Source: Candidatus Peregrinibacteria bacterium CG10_big_fil_rev_8_21_14_0_10_42_8 (GTDB lineage Bacteria; Patescibacteriota; Gracilibacteria; Peribacterales; Peribacteraceae). From it: DNA of 40,824 bases. Positions 17,416 through 26,502 of this stretch are shown piece by piece (the first letter of the stretch is position 1; every line of letters starts with the position of its first letter). A program made the translations under genes and the position numbers. The notes beneath the pieces were generated by a model, which was given only the letters and a program-made list of their open reading frames with translations, ran no database searches and was not told the DNA's origin. The stretch is from contig PFDQ01000022.1 of assembly GCA_002772815.1 (NCBI GenBank), positions 1 to 40,824 on the forward strand, read 5' to 3'.

Positions 17416-18402
17416 ATGTACTCAAAAACATTATCATTGCCGTTTCTAGGCACAGACAGACGAGCAAGAGTGACCACAGTTGGTTGGATTATGCTATTTG
17501 GTGCAATCATTGCTGGTTCGACATCCACCACATTCGCAAAAGAATTAAGCACAGCGTTCTCCCCTCTTTCACTACTTGTTTTAAGTGAAATGATTGTTCT
17601 CACTTTTACTATCTTATCATTTGGGTTTTTCCCTCTTTTAAAGGAAGTTCTTTCTATTAAAAAGAAATATATTCCAGCACTTCTACTCGTTGGATTTACC
17701 AATAGTATTGTTGCTCCAATACTGGTCTTTACGGGGCTTCATATGACCCAAGCGGTCAATGCAGAGCTCTACTTACGAAGCTACAGCTTTTTCCTCTTTA
17801 TCTATGCGGCAATCTTTCTTAAAGAAAAAATCACACGGACAGACATGTTCGCACTCCTATGTATGACTATTGGTATATGCATTGTTGCTTTGCGTGGTTT
17901 TCAAGGAAGTTTGACAATAGCACCTGGAGACCTCCTCGTTCTTTCTGGCGCTATTGTTTATGCTATAGGTGGAATTATATTTAAAGTAAAACTTCATAAG
18001 CTTCACTCAGAAGTTGTGCTCTGTGTACGAGGTATGATTGCTATATCATTTTTCTTTTTATTTTCACCTTTTACAGAAACGGTGATTATTCATGAAATTC
18101 GATCCTTCCCACTTGCACTTTTAGGGTCACTTCTTGGGTATGGCTTTATTGCTCGATTTCTGTATATGTTTGGATTCTATGAAGCTGTTGAGAGACTAGA
18201 AGTGCATACTGTATCACTTCTTCTTCCACTTATCACTGTTGGGAGTTTAGTATTTGCGCACTTACACCTTGGTGAGGCCATCTATTGGTATCATATTGTT
18301 GGAGCAGGATTCCTCATTATGGGTTCTATTGTTATGAAATACTCTTCACCAAAAGCACATCTTGAAAGGGAGATGCGTCACACAAACAGGCAGCACGTTT
18401 AG
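17416..18402 (+). CDS. EamA/DMT-superfamily transporter
   Basis: About ten TM helices in a two-EamA-repeat architecture. It is a paralog of the partial gene at 1-582. Confidence 0.8.
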   Translation: MYSKTLSLPFLGTDRRARVTTVGWIMLFGAIIAGSTSTTFAKELSTAFSPLSLLVLSEMIVLTFTILSFGFFPLLKEVLSIKKKYIPALLLVGFTNSIVAPILVFTGLHMTQAVNAELYLRSYSFFLFIYAAIFLKEKITRTDMFALLCMTIGICIVALRGFQGSLTIAPGDLLVLSGAIVYAIGGIIFKVKLHKLHSEVVLCVRGMIAISFFFLFSPFTETVIIHEIRSFPLALLGSLLGYGFIARFLYMFGFYEAVERLEVHTVSLLLPLITVGSLVFAHLHLGEAIYWYHIVGAGFLIMGSIVMKYSSPKAHLEREMRHTNRQHV

Positions 18403-19247
18403 TTTCCGTAGACCTGAAAGCCAAGAGAAAATATTTTTGCTGTTTCTGCTCTATTGACAGAATCCTCTGGTCCAAAGAGGCCTGTTGGATTTCCGAGTTC
18501 ATCACTGTACCCTGCAATAATCCCCTTCCCTGCAGCGGTCTCTATTGCTGCTGCATATGGGGTAACTGTTGTGACATCATTAAATACACTTCCAGACCGA
18601 GGAGAAATACGCGCACCAAATGCCTGCAATACGGTAACTACCACGTCAGTTCTTGTGGCTGGACGAGTCACATCTACAGTCCCTTCGGAAAAAATAGCCC
18701 ACTTACGGTTTTCTGCACACTGAATATACCGTTCTGACCAACGCCCCATTACAGATTCATTTTTTATTGTGTTATCACACGTATACATATCAATGCGTGC
18801 TGCAAGAGTTGCCATTTTGGCTAGCTGCTCAATTGTAACACTATCTGCAGGGCCAAATTCTCCTGTCGGCCTATTGTGAGTATCTCTATATCCAGAAATA
18901 AGATTACGTTCAGCAGCGTCTCGAATATATGGAGCGAACCACTCAAATAGTGGAACATCGTTTAGGCGCACTGGTACACCATCAACTTTTATTGTGACAT
19001 GTGTATCACTTAGATCAAAAGAGTCTGTCGGATCCTCTTCTTCTTCATCGACAGGAAATAGTTCTTTTTGCGATTCTCGTTCTGCATCTTTTATGTCTTG
19101 ATCCGCGAATGATGCATCCAATTTTATGACATCCTCGTAAAGCTCTATATCTGTTATTAACTTTTCCCACTCACCAGCATACACAACAGGAGAAACCATA
19201 TTTAAAGCCAAAAATATTATCCATACGTTTCTTCGCATGGACATCAT
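18399..19247 (-). CDS. Secreted SLH-domain protein
   Basis: Two SLH-like repeats: FEWFAPYIRDAAERNLISGYRDTHNRPTGEFGPADSVTIEQLAKM and VTPYAAAIETAAGKGIIAGYSDELGNPTGLFGPEDSVNRAETAKI. I prefer the start at 19247 (MMSMRRNVWIIFLALNMVSPVVYA signal peptide). The track start 19346 would overlap carB. Confidence 0.75.
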   Translation of the reverse strand: MMSMRRNVWIIFLALNMVSPVVYAGEWEKLITDIELYEDVIKLDASFADQDIKDAERESQKELFPVDEEEEDPTDSFDLSDTHVTIKVDGVPVRLNDVPLFEWFAPYIRDAAERNLISGYRDTHNRPTGEFGPADSVTIEQLAKMATLAARIDMYTCDNTIKNESVMGRWSERYIQCAENRKWAIFSEGTVDVTRPATRTDVVVTVLQAFGARISPRSGSVFNDVTTVTPYAAAIETAAGKGIIAGYSDELGNPTGLFGPEDSVNRAETAKIFSLGFQVYGN

Positions 19248-19318
19248 GGTACGTCTAAACAGACTTTTGCACAAACTACTTGCCGAGCGGTGGATAGATA
19301 GGTAGGCTCCATCGGAAC

Positions 19319-22300
19319 ATGGATACAGGGAATAGCACTGGCTCATCTGGAGCCCGAAAGGGCGAAGGAGAGGCTTTTTCCATAAATTCCGATGCTATAA
19401 AGACTATCCTTCTTCTTGGATCTGGTGCATTGAAGATTGGAGAGGCAGGAGAATTTGACTACTCTGGAAGCCAAGCAATTAAGGCATTCAAAGAAGAAGG
19501 GAAACGAGTCATTCTGATCAATCCAAATATTGCAACAAACCAAACAAGTTGGGGGCTTGCAGATAAAGTATACTTCGAACCAGTTACACCAAATTTTGTA
19601 GAACGCATTATTGAAAAGGAAAACCCAGATGCTATTGCACTGAGCTTTGGAGGCCAAACTGCACTGAACTGTGGAGTCGCACTTGAAGAAAGTGGCGTCC
19701 TAGAAAAGCACAACGTAGCTGTTCTTGGAACAAGTGTACATAGTATCAACCTTACAGAGGACAGAGCTGCATTTAATGCAGAGCTTAAATCTATCAATGT
19801 TGATGTCCCAAAAAGCTTTGCCTGCGAGAGCATGGATGAAACTCTTAAGGCTGGAAAAGAGATCGGGTATCCTGTGATTATCCGAGCTGCATTTGCCCTT
19901 GGAGGAAAAGGAAGTGGCCGTGCGATGAACGAAGCAGAGCTTATTGATATTTGTAAGGTTGCATTCGTAGAATCACATCAAGTTCTTGTTGAAGAAGACC
20001 TTACTGGATGGAAAGAGATTGAGTACGAAGTAGTACGCGATGCATACGATAACTGTATTACAGTCTGTAATATGGAAAACGTTGACCCTCTTGGTATCCA
20101 TACTGGAGAGTCTATCGTTGTTGCTCCTAGCCAAACCCTCGACAACAACGAGTATCAAATGCTTCGAAATATTGCCTTAAAAGTTATTCGACATCTACAG
20201 ATTGTTGGTGAATGCAATATTCAATATGCACTTGACCCAAAGTCCCGTAAGTACCGAGTTATCGAAGTCAACGCACGTCTGAGTAGAAGTTCTGCACTTG
20301 CATCGAAGGCAACAGGGTACCCTCTCGCATTTGTTGCGGCAAAACTAGCACTTGGCTACAGCCTTCCAGAGCTACGCAACGCAATTACGGAAATAACAAG
20401 TGCAGATTTCGAGCCTTCACTGGATTACGTTGCAGTAAAAGTTCCTCGTTGGGATCTGCAGAAATTCCGTTTTGTTTCAGATAAAGTAACAAGTGAAATG
20501 AAATCTGTTGGAGAGGTCATGGCACTTGGCCGCACATTCGAGGAGGCAATGCAGAAAGCAATGCGAATGCTTAATATTGGCTCTCAGGGATTATTCCCTC
20601 AGACTATTCCTTTTGATGATATTGATGCAGAAGTAAAGAGGCCGACTCCAAGGCGCATCTTTGCTGTTGCGGAAGCCTTGCGTGAAAAGTGGACTCCAGA
20701 GCAGATTAATATCGCAACAGGTATAGATATGTGGTTTCTCGAACGCATTCGCCATGCTGCTCTTATTCAAAATGAACTTGAAACTCATGGAAAAATGCCA
20801 AGTGTAGAACTCTTACGTCGAGCTAAGAAAGCAGGGTTCTCTGATGAGGGTATCGCATACAGCATAGAAGAAAATGCAGAAGCTGTTCGAACATTTCGCA
20901 AGCAAGAAGGTATTGTTCCATATATAAAACAGGTCGATACACTTGCAGGTGAATTCCCTGCTCATACCAATTACCTCTACCTCACATACCATGGTACTGA
21001 GCACGACATTGCATTTGATACTACAGACAAAAGAGCACTTGTACTTGGTGGTGGGCCATACTCCATTGGTTCATCTGTAGAGTTTGATTGGTGCTGTGTT
21101 CAGGCAACGCACGAGATGCAAAAGCAAGGATACTCTGTTGCTATGATTAACAGTAACCCAGAGACAGTAAGTACAGATTACGATGAATGCAATGCTCTGT
21201 TCTTTGATGAGCTCAATGAAGAACGTGTTCGAGATATCATCGATCAGATACATCCAGAAGGTGTTGTCGTTTCGATGGGGGGACAGATTCCAAACAATCT
21301 TGCTCCAAAACTTGCCACTGCAGGGATTCCTATCTTTGGAACATCTCCAAAAAATATTGATAACGCTGAAGATAGACATAAGTTTAGTTCTCTTCTTGAT
21401 GAGCATACTATCGACCAACCAGAATGGCAGGAGTTCACAGAACTCGAAGATGCATTGGCATTCTCGGAAAGCGTCGGCTATCCAGTTATTGTGCGTCCTA
21501 GCTATGTACTCTCTGGAGCATCGATGGCAGTTGTTCATTCTGATGAAGACCTCTCTGCATATGTTGAGCAGTCTGCATTCGTAAATAAAGAAGCACCGAT
21601 TGTTGTGTCGAAATTTGAGCAAGGTGCAAAAGAAATAGAATTTGATGGTGTTGCCCAAAACGGAAAGCTTCTTATTTATGCAATTTCAGAACACATTGAA
21701 AATGCAGGTGTTCACTCTGGTGATGCCACTATTGTGCTCCCACCACAACGTATCAACCTTGAAACAGTTCGTAGAGTAAAAGCAATTGCAAAGGAGATTG
21801 GATCTGCTCTTGAAATCTCTGGGCCATACAACATTCAATTCCTTGCAAAGAACAACAAACTTAAAGTTATTGAGTGTAACCTCCGTGCTAGCCGTAGTTT
21901 TCCTTTTGCTAGTAAAGTTACTGGTGAAAACTTTATCACCATTGCTACACAGGCTCTTATTGGAAAAGCAGATACCGACAAGCAGTATCAAACACTAGAT
22001 CTTGACCATGTAGGTGTAAAAGCAGCTCAGTTTAGCTTTAGCAGACTCAAAGGTGCAGACCCTCGATTGGGCGTTGAAATGGCAAGTACAGGCGAAGTTG
22101 CATGTTTTGGAAATAATGCAGAACAAGCGTTACTTACTGCAATGCTCGCCGTTGGGTTCAAGATTCCTAAGAAGAACATCTTAATCACTATTGGGCGTAT
22201 AGAAGATAAAGTGGATATGCTAAGCAATATTCAAGACCTTCACCAAAGAGACTATAAATTCTTTGCAACAAAGCGGACACATGAATTCCTTGAGTCTCGC

Positions 22301-22585
22301 GGTATTCCTTGTGCGATGCTTCATAAAGTCTCTGAACCACGGGACCCAAATATCAGAGAATACCTTGAAAAGAAGAGAATAGACCTCGTTATCAATATTC
22401 CAACACATTCCAGAGGTACGGAACAGACAGATGGCTACTTTATCCGTCGACTTGCAACTGATAATGGCATTCCCCTCATTACGAACGTTCAGCTTGCAAA
22501 ACGCATAATAGAGGCTATTTGTAGAGAGGATGTCGATAATCTGCCAATTCTAGCGTGGCCAAATCTACTCAATCATAAGGCATAA
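19319..22585 (+). CDS. carB: Carbamoyl-phosphate synthase large subunit
   Basis: 1088 aa with duplicated ATP-grasp halves (GEAGEFDYSGSQA...; GGGPYSIGSSVEFDWC...) and an MGS-like C-terminal domain. No carA is adjacent. Confidence 0.95.
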   Translation: MDTGNSTGSSGARKGEGEAFSINSDAIKTILLLGSGALKIGEAGEFDYSGSQAIKAFKEEGKRVILINPNIATNQTSWGLADKVYFEPVTPNFVERIIEKENPDAIALSFGGQTALNCGVALEESGVLEKHNVAVLGTSVHSINLTEDRAAFNAELKSINVDVPKSFACESMDETLKAGKEIGYPVIIRAAFALGGKGSGRAMNEAELIDICKVAFVESHQVLVEEDLTGWKEIEYEVVRDAYDNCITVCNMENVDPLGIHTGESIVVAPSQTLDNNEYQMLRNIALKVIRHLQIVGECNIQYALDPKSRKYRVIEVNARLSRSSALASKATGYPLAFVAAKLALGYSLPELRNAITEITSADFEPSLDYVAVKVPRWDLQKFRFVSDKVTSEMKSVGEVMALGRTFEEAMQKAMRMLNIGSQGLFPQTIPFDDIDAEVKRPTPRRIFAVAEALREKWTPEQINIATGIDMWFLERIRHAALIQNELETHGKMPSVELLRRAKKAGFSDEGIAYSIEENAEAVRTFRKQEGIVPYIKQVDTLAGEFPAHTNYLYLTYHGTEHDIAFDTTDKRALVLGGGPYSIGSSVEFDWCCVQATHEMQKQGYSVAMINSNPETVSTDYDECNALFFDELNEERVRDIIDQIHPEGVVVSMGGQIPNNLAPKLATAGIPIFGTSPKNIDNAEDRHKFSSLLDEHTIDQPEWQEFTELEDALAFSESVGYPVIVRPSYVLSGASMAVVHSDEDLSAYVEQSAFVNKEAPIVVSKFEQGAKEIEFDGVAQNGKLLIYAISEHIENAGVHSGDATIVLPPQRINLETVRRVKAIAKEIGSALEISGPYNIQFLAKNNKLKVIECNLRASRSFPFASKVTGENFITIATQALIGKADTDKQYQTLDLDHVGVKAAQFSFSRLKGADPRLGVEMASTGEVACFGNNAEQALLTAMLAVGFKIPKKNILITIGRIEDKVDMLSNIQDLHQRDYKFFATKRTHEFLESRGIPCAMLHKVSEPRDPNIREYLEKKRIDLVINIPTHSRGTEQTDGYFIRRLATDNGIPLITNVQLAKRIIEAICREDVDNLPILAWPNLLNHKA

Positions 22586-22650
22586 AGAGGGATTTTTATT
22601 GCCTGATTGGGCCTAATTTCCTATGCTTACACGGATTTTAGCCCTTACCA

Positions 22651-23172
22651 ATGTTTTCCATGGCCAAAAAAGATGATGATGCAGTAATTATCGAAGAGGA
22701 TCAGACACTTGTTACAAAAGAAGGTTTGAAAAAACTTCAAGATGAACTTGAGAATTTAAAGACAGTTCGTCGAAAAGAAGTTGCAGACCGATTGAAAGAA
22801 GCGATCTCCTATGGAGACCTTTCAGAAAACTCTGAATACCAAGAAGCAAAGAATGAGCAAGCCTTTACTGAAGGACGCATCATGGAAGTTGAGCAAATGA
22901 TCAAGAGTGCAAAAATCATCTCTGATAAAAAATCAACAACAGGTGGTGACCTTATCCAGATTGGAAAAACAGTTACTATTAAAAATAAAACTGATGGTGA
23001 TGATCCTGTTGCATACATGATTGTTGGTTCAACAGAAGCAAACCCTCATGAAAATAAGATTAGTAATGAGTCTCCTGTTGGAAAGGCTCTCCTTGGTAAA
23101 AAGAAGGGTGACATTGTGGATGTTCAGACCCCTGCTGGTCCATACAAATACGAGGTGATCAAAGTAGCATAA
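22651..23172 (+). CDS. greA: Transcription elongation factor GreA
   Basis: VTKEGLKKLQDELENLKTVRRKEVADRLKEAISYGDLSENSEYQEAKNEQAF, followed by a C-terminal FKBP-like domain. The start may instead be 22660 (MAKKDD). Confidence 0.9.
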   Translation: MFSMAKKDDDAVIIEEDQTLVTKEGLKKLQDELENLKTVRRKEVADRLKEAISYGDLSENSEYQEAKNEQAFTEGRIMEVEQMIKSAKIISDKKSTTGGDLIQIGKTVTIKNKTDGDDPVAYMIVGSTEANPHENKISNESPVGKALLGKKKGDIVDVQTPAGPYKYEVIKVA

Positions 23173-23191
23173 TAGTGCTATAATACTCGTA

Positions 23192-23560
23192 ATGACTTCT
23201 GCAGAACTTACTATTTCAGATGAAACGAAACAAACGTTCCCAGAACTTGTGGAAATGATTGTTTCATCTGAAAGCATGAATAATGAAGAGCGTCAGTATT
23301 GGATAAATATCTTGCCAATAATGACACCTGAACAAATGAAGAACCTTCATGACATTCTAACAAATGAAAAGGTTCAACTCGCTGCAATTGATAAAAAATA
23401 TGCAAAAAAACTCACTCCTGAAGAACAATCTGAGCATATTAAAAACACCGAACTGAATATGCAAAAAAAGAGAGAGGAACGAAAAAGACGAGAAGAAAAT
23501 TTTGAATCAAAAGATGAAATAGTCTCTGAAGATCTTCTTAAGAAAATTGAAGATCTCTAA
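23192..23560 (+). CDS. Hypothetical protein with K/E-rich C-terminus
   Basis: 122-aa ORF 19 nt after greA. No family recognised. It looks coding (SESMNNEERQYWINILPIMTPEQMKNL). Confidence 0.5.
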   Translation: MTSAELTISDETKQTFPELVEMIVSSESMNNEERQYWINILPIMTPEQMKNLHDILTNEKVQLAAIDKKYAKKLTPEEQSEHIKNTELNMQKKREERKRREENFESKDEIVSEDLLKKIEDL

Positions 23561-24517
23561 TTAGCACGTACACATAATGCAACTATCTATGAGGGCAGTT
23601 ATTTCATCTGTTGCATCAACTGTTGATCTATACCCTCCTGTTTTTAACGCAATATCTGCGTCTGTGAAGCGATCGACTATTGATGCAAGTCTTGCTGAAT
23701 CCATCTTCTTTGCGAGAGGAACTAGTGTTCGCGCTGTTGGAAAAGGGACTCCTGCGGTTTTTGCTATTGATGCAGGATGTGAGTCTCCATCCTGTACACA
23801 CGCAGTAACGAGCACAAGTTGAGCGATAATCCATGTCATTCTACTCCATAAACCATACGGGCTTTCTCCTCTGTTCATAAGTTCTCTAGCGAATGTAAGT
23901 GCCCCATGAGAATTACCAGCAGCCATTAAATCCATGAGCTTCCATCCTGCTTGCTCTGCGCTAAGCATTACCAAAAGATTAATGTCATCTCGTGAAATCT
24001 CTCTTCCATATGCATATGTAGCAATCTTCTGTATTTCTGAAAATAGTAACATTTGATCTTCTCCAACATGATCAATCAAAAACTGGATTTCAGATCTCCT
24101 AATCCGGGCACCAAAATACGCTGCGGTTTCTTCCACCCAACTGGCAAGCTTCGCACCATGGATAACAGGAAATGTCTTCACCTCTGCTTTAACGAGTATC
24201 TCTTTTGTAGCACTGAGACGCTTGTCTGGTTTTGATTCCACAATCAATAGAATAACTGCAGGATGAATAACATTATCAATCTGTTTCATATGTTCCTTTT
24301 CCATCTTTGGAATACCATCAAGGACTACTAGTCTCTTTTCTGCAATAAATGGTGATGTAGCCAATGCATCCAGTAGTGCAGATACTTTCAGGCCTTTTGC
24401 CTGCAACTTCATAATATTTTCATCACCAAATTTCTCTGTAAAATTATTAATCCATCGTTTTTGTTCTTCCGCTATTTGGTAAAGGTTTTCGCCAGTTAAT
24501 AAGAATATCTGAGACAT
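23561..24517 (-). CDS. holA: DNA polymerase III delta subunit
   Basis: IFLLTGENLYQI..., SPFIAEKRLVVLDGIP, and the expected overall length and helical C-terminus. Confidence 0.75.
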   Translation of the reverse strand: MSQIFLLTGENLYQIAEEQKRWINNFTEKFGDENIMKLQAKGLKVSALLDALATSPFIAEKRLVVLDGIPKMEKEHMKQIDNVIHPAVILLIVESKPDKRLSATKEILVKAEVKTFPVIHGAKLASWVEETAAYFGARIRRSEIQFLIDHVGEDQMLLFSEIQKIATYAYGREISRDDINLLVMLSAEQAGWKLMDLMAAGNSHGALTFARELMNRGESPYGLWSRMTWIIAQLVLVTACVQDGDSHPASIAKTAGVPFPTARTLVPLAKKMDSARLASIVDRFTDADIALKTGGYRSTVDATDEITALIDSCIMCTC

Positions 24518-24625
24518 AGAGGTTATGAGTGTATCATATCAGTATTATACTTAGAACATATTATTATTTCTTTGCAACTTATCCACTCTCGTAGAAAAGT
24601 CTATTTTGAGCTATAATAATACGAT

Positions 24626-24952
24626 ATGTACATCAAATACCCACACTACATTCGAAGGAATATTCAGCTTCTGAGCCTTAGCACATTGTGCCTCGTAAGC
24701 TCCTTCGTCATCGGCCTTCACACTGCAGGCAATGTACAACCCATTCATCTTATTGAAGCAGGGGGTACGATGCAGGCTGGAGATATGGATGGTAACGGTA
24801 CTGTAGATATTGCTGATGCAATTCTCATTCTTGAGATTGCGCAGGGATACGCACCTGCAAGTCCAGACCAGCTTCTTGCTGATCCAAACTCTGATGGTGC
24901 TCTTACAGTAGACGATGCTATTCGGATTCTCTCCATCCTTTCTTTGCAGTAA
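24626..24952 (+). CDS. Minimal membrane-anchored dockerin protein
   Basis: An N-terminal hydrophobic anchor (LLSLSTLCLVSSFVIGL) is followed by two Ca-binding dockerin repeats: DMDGNGTVDIADAILILEIAQG and DPNSDGALTVDDAIRILSIL (nt ~24782-24945). Confidence 0.7.
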   Translation: MYIKYPHYIRRNIQLLSLSTLCLVSSFVIGLHTAGNVQPIHLIEAGGTMQAGDMDGNGTVDIADAILILEIAQGYAPASPDQLLADPNSDGALTVDDAIRILSILSLQ

Positions 24953-24963
24953 TCATTATTCTT

Positions 24964-26502
24964 ATGAAGAGAAATACATACCAGCATTGGCTCGGGCTCT
25001 GCCTCTACACTATTGCAATACTCTGTACTGCACTACCGCAGCAATCATTTGCTACCACAATGGATGCGACATTTGAGTTTTACCCTCATTGTGACCTTCG
25101 AACAGGTGATGAAAAAGAAGATGACACATGGGCTCTTGGTCCTATCCCTAGTCCTGGCATCGTTGCAGATACTGGTGAGGGTCGGAAAAGTATTACCTGT
25201 ACTGAATTTGATATTCATGACCCCCAGACACTAAAGACTCGCCCTCTCCGTGAAGGAGACATTCTTGATATCGATATCGTCATTGAAAATCCATCAGAAC
25301 AGGAGATCTCTCGTGCGCGTGCATGGCTCTCATATGATCCTGATGTTTTGCGTGGTGATAGCATTGAAATACACTCTGCATTTCCTGTCATAACACCAGG
25401 CGAAAGTGTCTTTTCAAATGATGAAGGATACGCAAAAATGGGCGCAAGTTCTGACGAGAAAGAGCCTAAAACAAAAAATGTGATGTTTGCACGACTTCAA
25501 TTTACCGTCCTTAATACCAATGTAGGCAAGACACCAATTACATTCCATGATCCTCAACTCGATGGACACACTGTGATTATGGCTAAAGATGGCTCTGAAG
25601 ATTCATACATTCTCGAAAATGATCCTGGAGTACTTCTTGTTGTCTTTGCAGAAGATTCAGAATCTTCAATACAAGAAGAGGAAACATCTTCAACAGAAGA
25701 TACAACTGATGTTAATCCATTTAATGGTCTACCAATGCCAGAAAATTCTTGTATTAGTAATGCAGATTGCTCATCAGATATTTGTATAAATGGCATGTGT
25801 GCTGAATCGAACAGCAAACTTCCAAATGGCGATAGCTGTATTACAGATAATCAATGTGAAAGCGGTCTTTGTGGAAGCGGTATCTGTATCCCTAGCCTTT
25901 CAGATCAACAAGAGCTAGAACAAAATTCAGTGCAAAATATACCGGAAGACGTACCAACTGACACTCCTCATTCAAATCCTACTCCATCTGAAACAGGTAG
26001 GACTGCTTTTTCACTACTTCAGATTCAAAATGTCCGTGCCACAACAGATGGTAGTGCAATCTTCCTATCATGGAATCCTCTGAATTCTAATCAGATGAAA
26101 GGATACAATGTCTATTATGGAACAACATCAGGACGCTATATCCAACGAAAGACAATTGATAAATCAGAAAATACTATTACGATTCGATCTCTTTCTGTTG
26201 GAACTGAATATTTCTTAGCAGTAAGAGCACTCAGTACCTCTAATGAAGAAAGTGCATTCTCTCAAGAGGTATCTGTGGTTGTTGGGCAGCCAGAATCCTC
26301 TAGTGCACCTCTTGTTCTTGGCTCTATCCTCAATAACAACTCACCACGAACACCTATTCTTCCAGGTGATACATCTGTCGTTCCTGGAGAAACAGGGATT
26401 CCTTCACTACTCCTTCTAGCAGTGATCATTGCTGCTGTCATTGGAACAGCATTTGCTTCTCGAAGACAATTTGCTGTCACTCCGTTTAATCCTCATGCCT
26501 AA
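24964..26502 (+). CDS. Surface protein: cohesin-like domain, Cys-rich repeats, FN3 domain, C-terminal sorting-signal-like anchor
   Basis: - Signal peptide.
- Cohesin-like pattern GDILDIDIVIEN...ARAWLSYDPDVLRGDSIEI...EGYAKMGASS...MFARLQFTVLNTNVGKTPITF.
- Cys-rich repeats CISNADCSSDICINGMCAE and CITDNQCESGLCGSGICI.
- FN3-like LSWNPLNSNQMKGYNVYYGTTSG...EYFLAVRALS.
- C-terminus VVPGETG, a TM helix, then SRRQ. Confidence 0.65.
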   Translation: MKRNTYQHWLGLCLYTIAILCTALPQQSFATTMDATFEFYPHCDLRTGDEKEDDTWALGPIPSPGIVADTGEGRKSITCTEFDIHDPQTLKTRPLREGDILDIDIVIENPSEQEISRARAWLSYDPDVLRGDSIEIHSAFPVITPGESVFSNDEGYAKMGASSDEKEPKTKNVMFARLQFTVLNTNVGKTPITFHDPQLDGHTVIMAKDGSEDSYILENDPGVLLVVFAEDSESSIQEEETSSTEDTTDVNPFNGLPMPENSCISNADCSSDICINGMCAESNSKLPNGDSCITDNQCESGLCGSGICIPSLSDQQELEQNSVQNIPEDVPTDTPHSNPTPSETGRTAFSLLQIQNVRATTDGSAIFLSWNPLNSNQMKGYNVYYGTTSGRYIQRKTIDKSENTITIRSLSVGTEYFLAVRALSTSNEESAFSQEVSVVVGQPESSSAPLVLGSILNNNSPRTPILPGDTSVVPGETGIPSLLLLAVIIAAVIGTAFASRRQFAVTPFNPHA

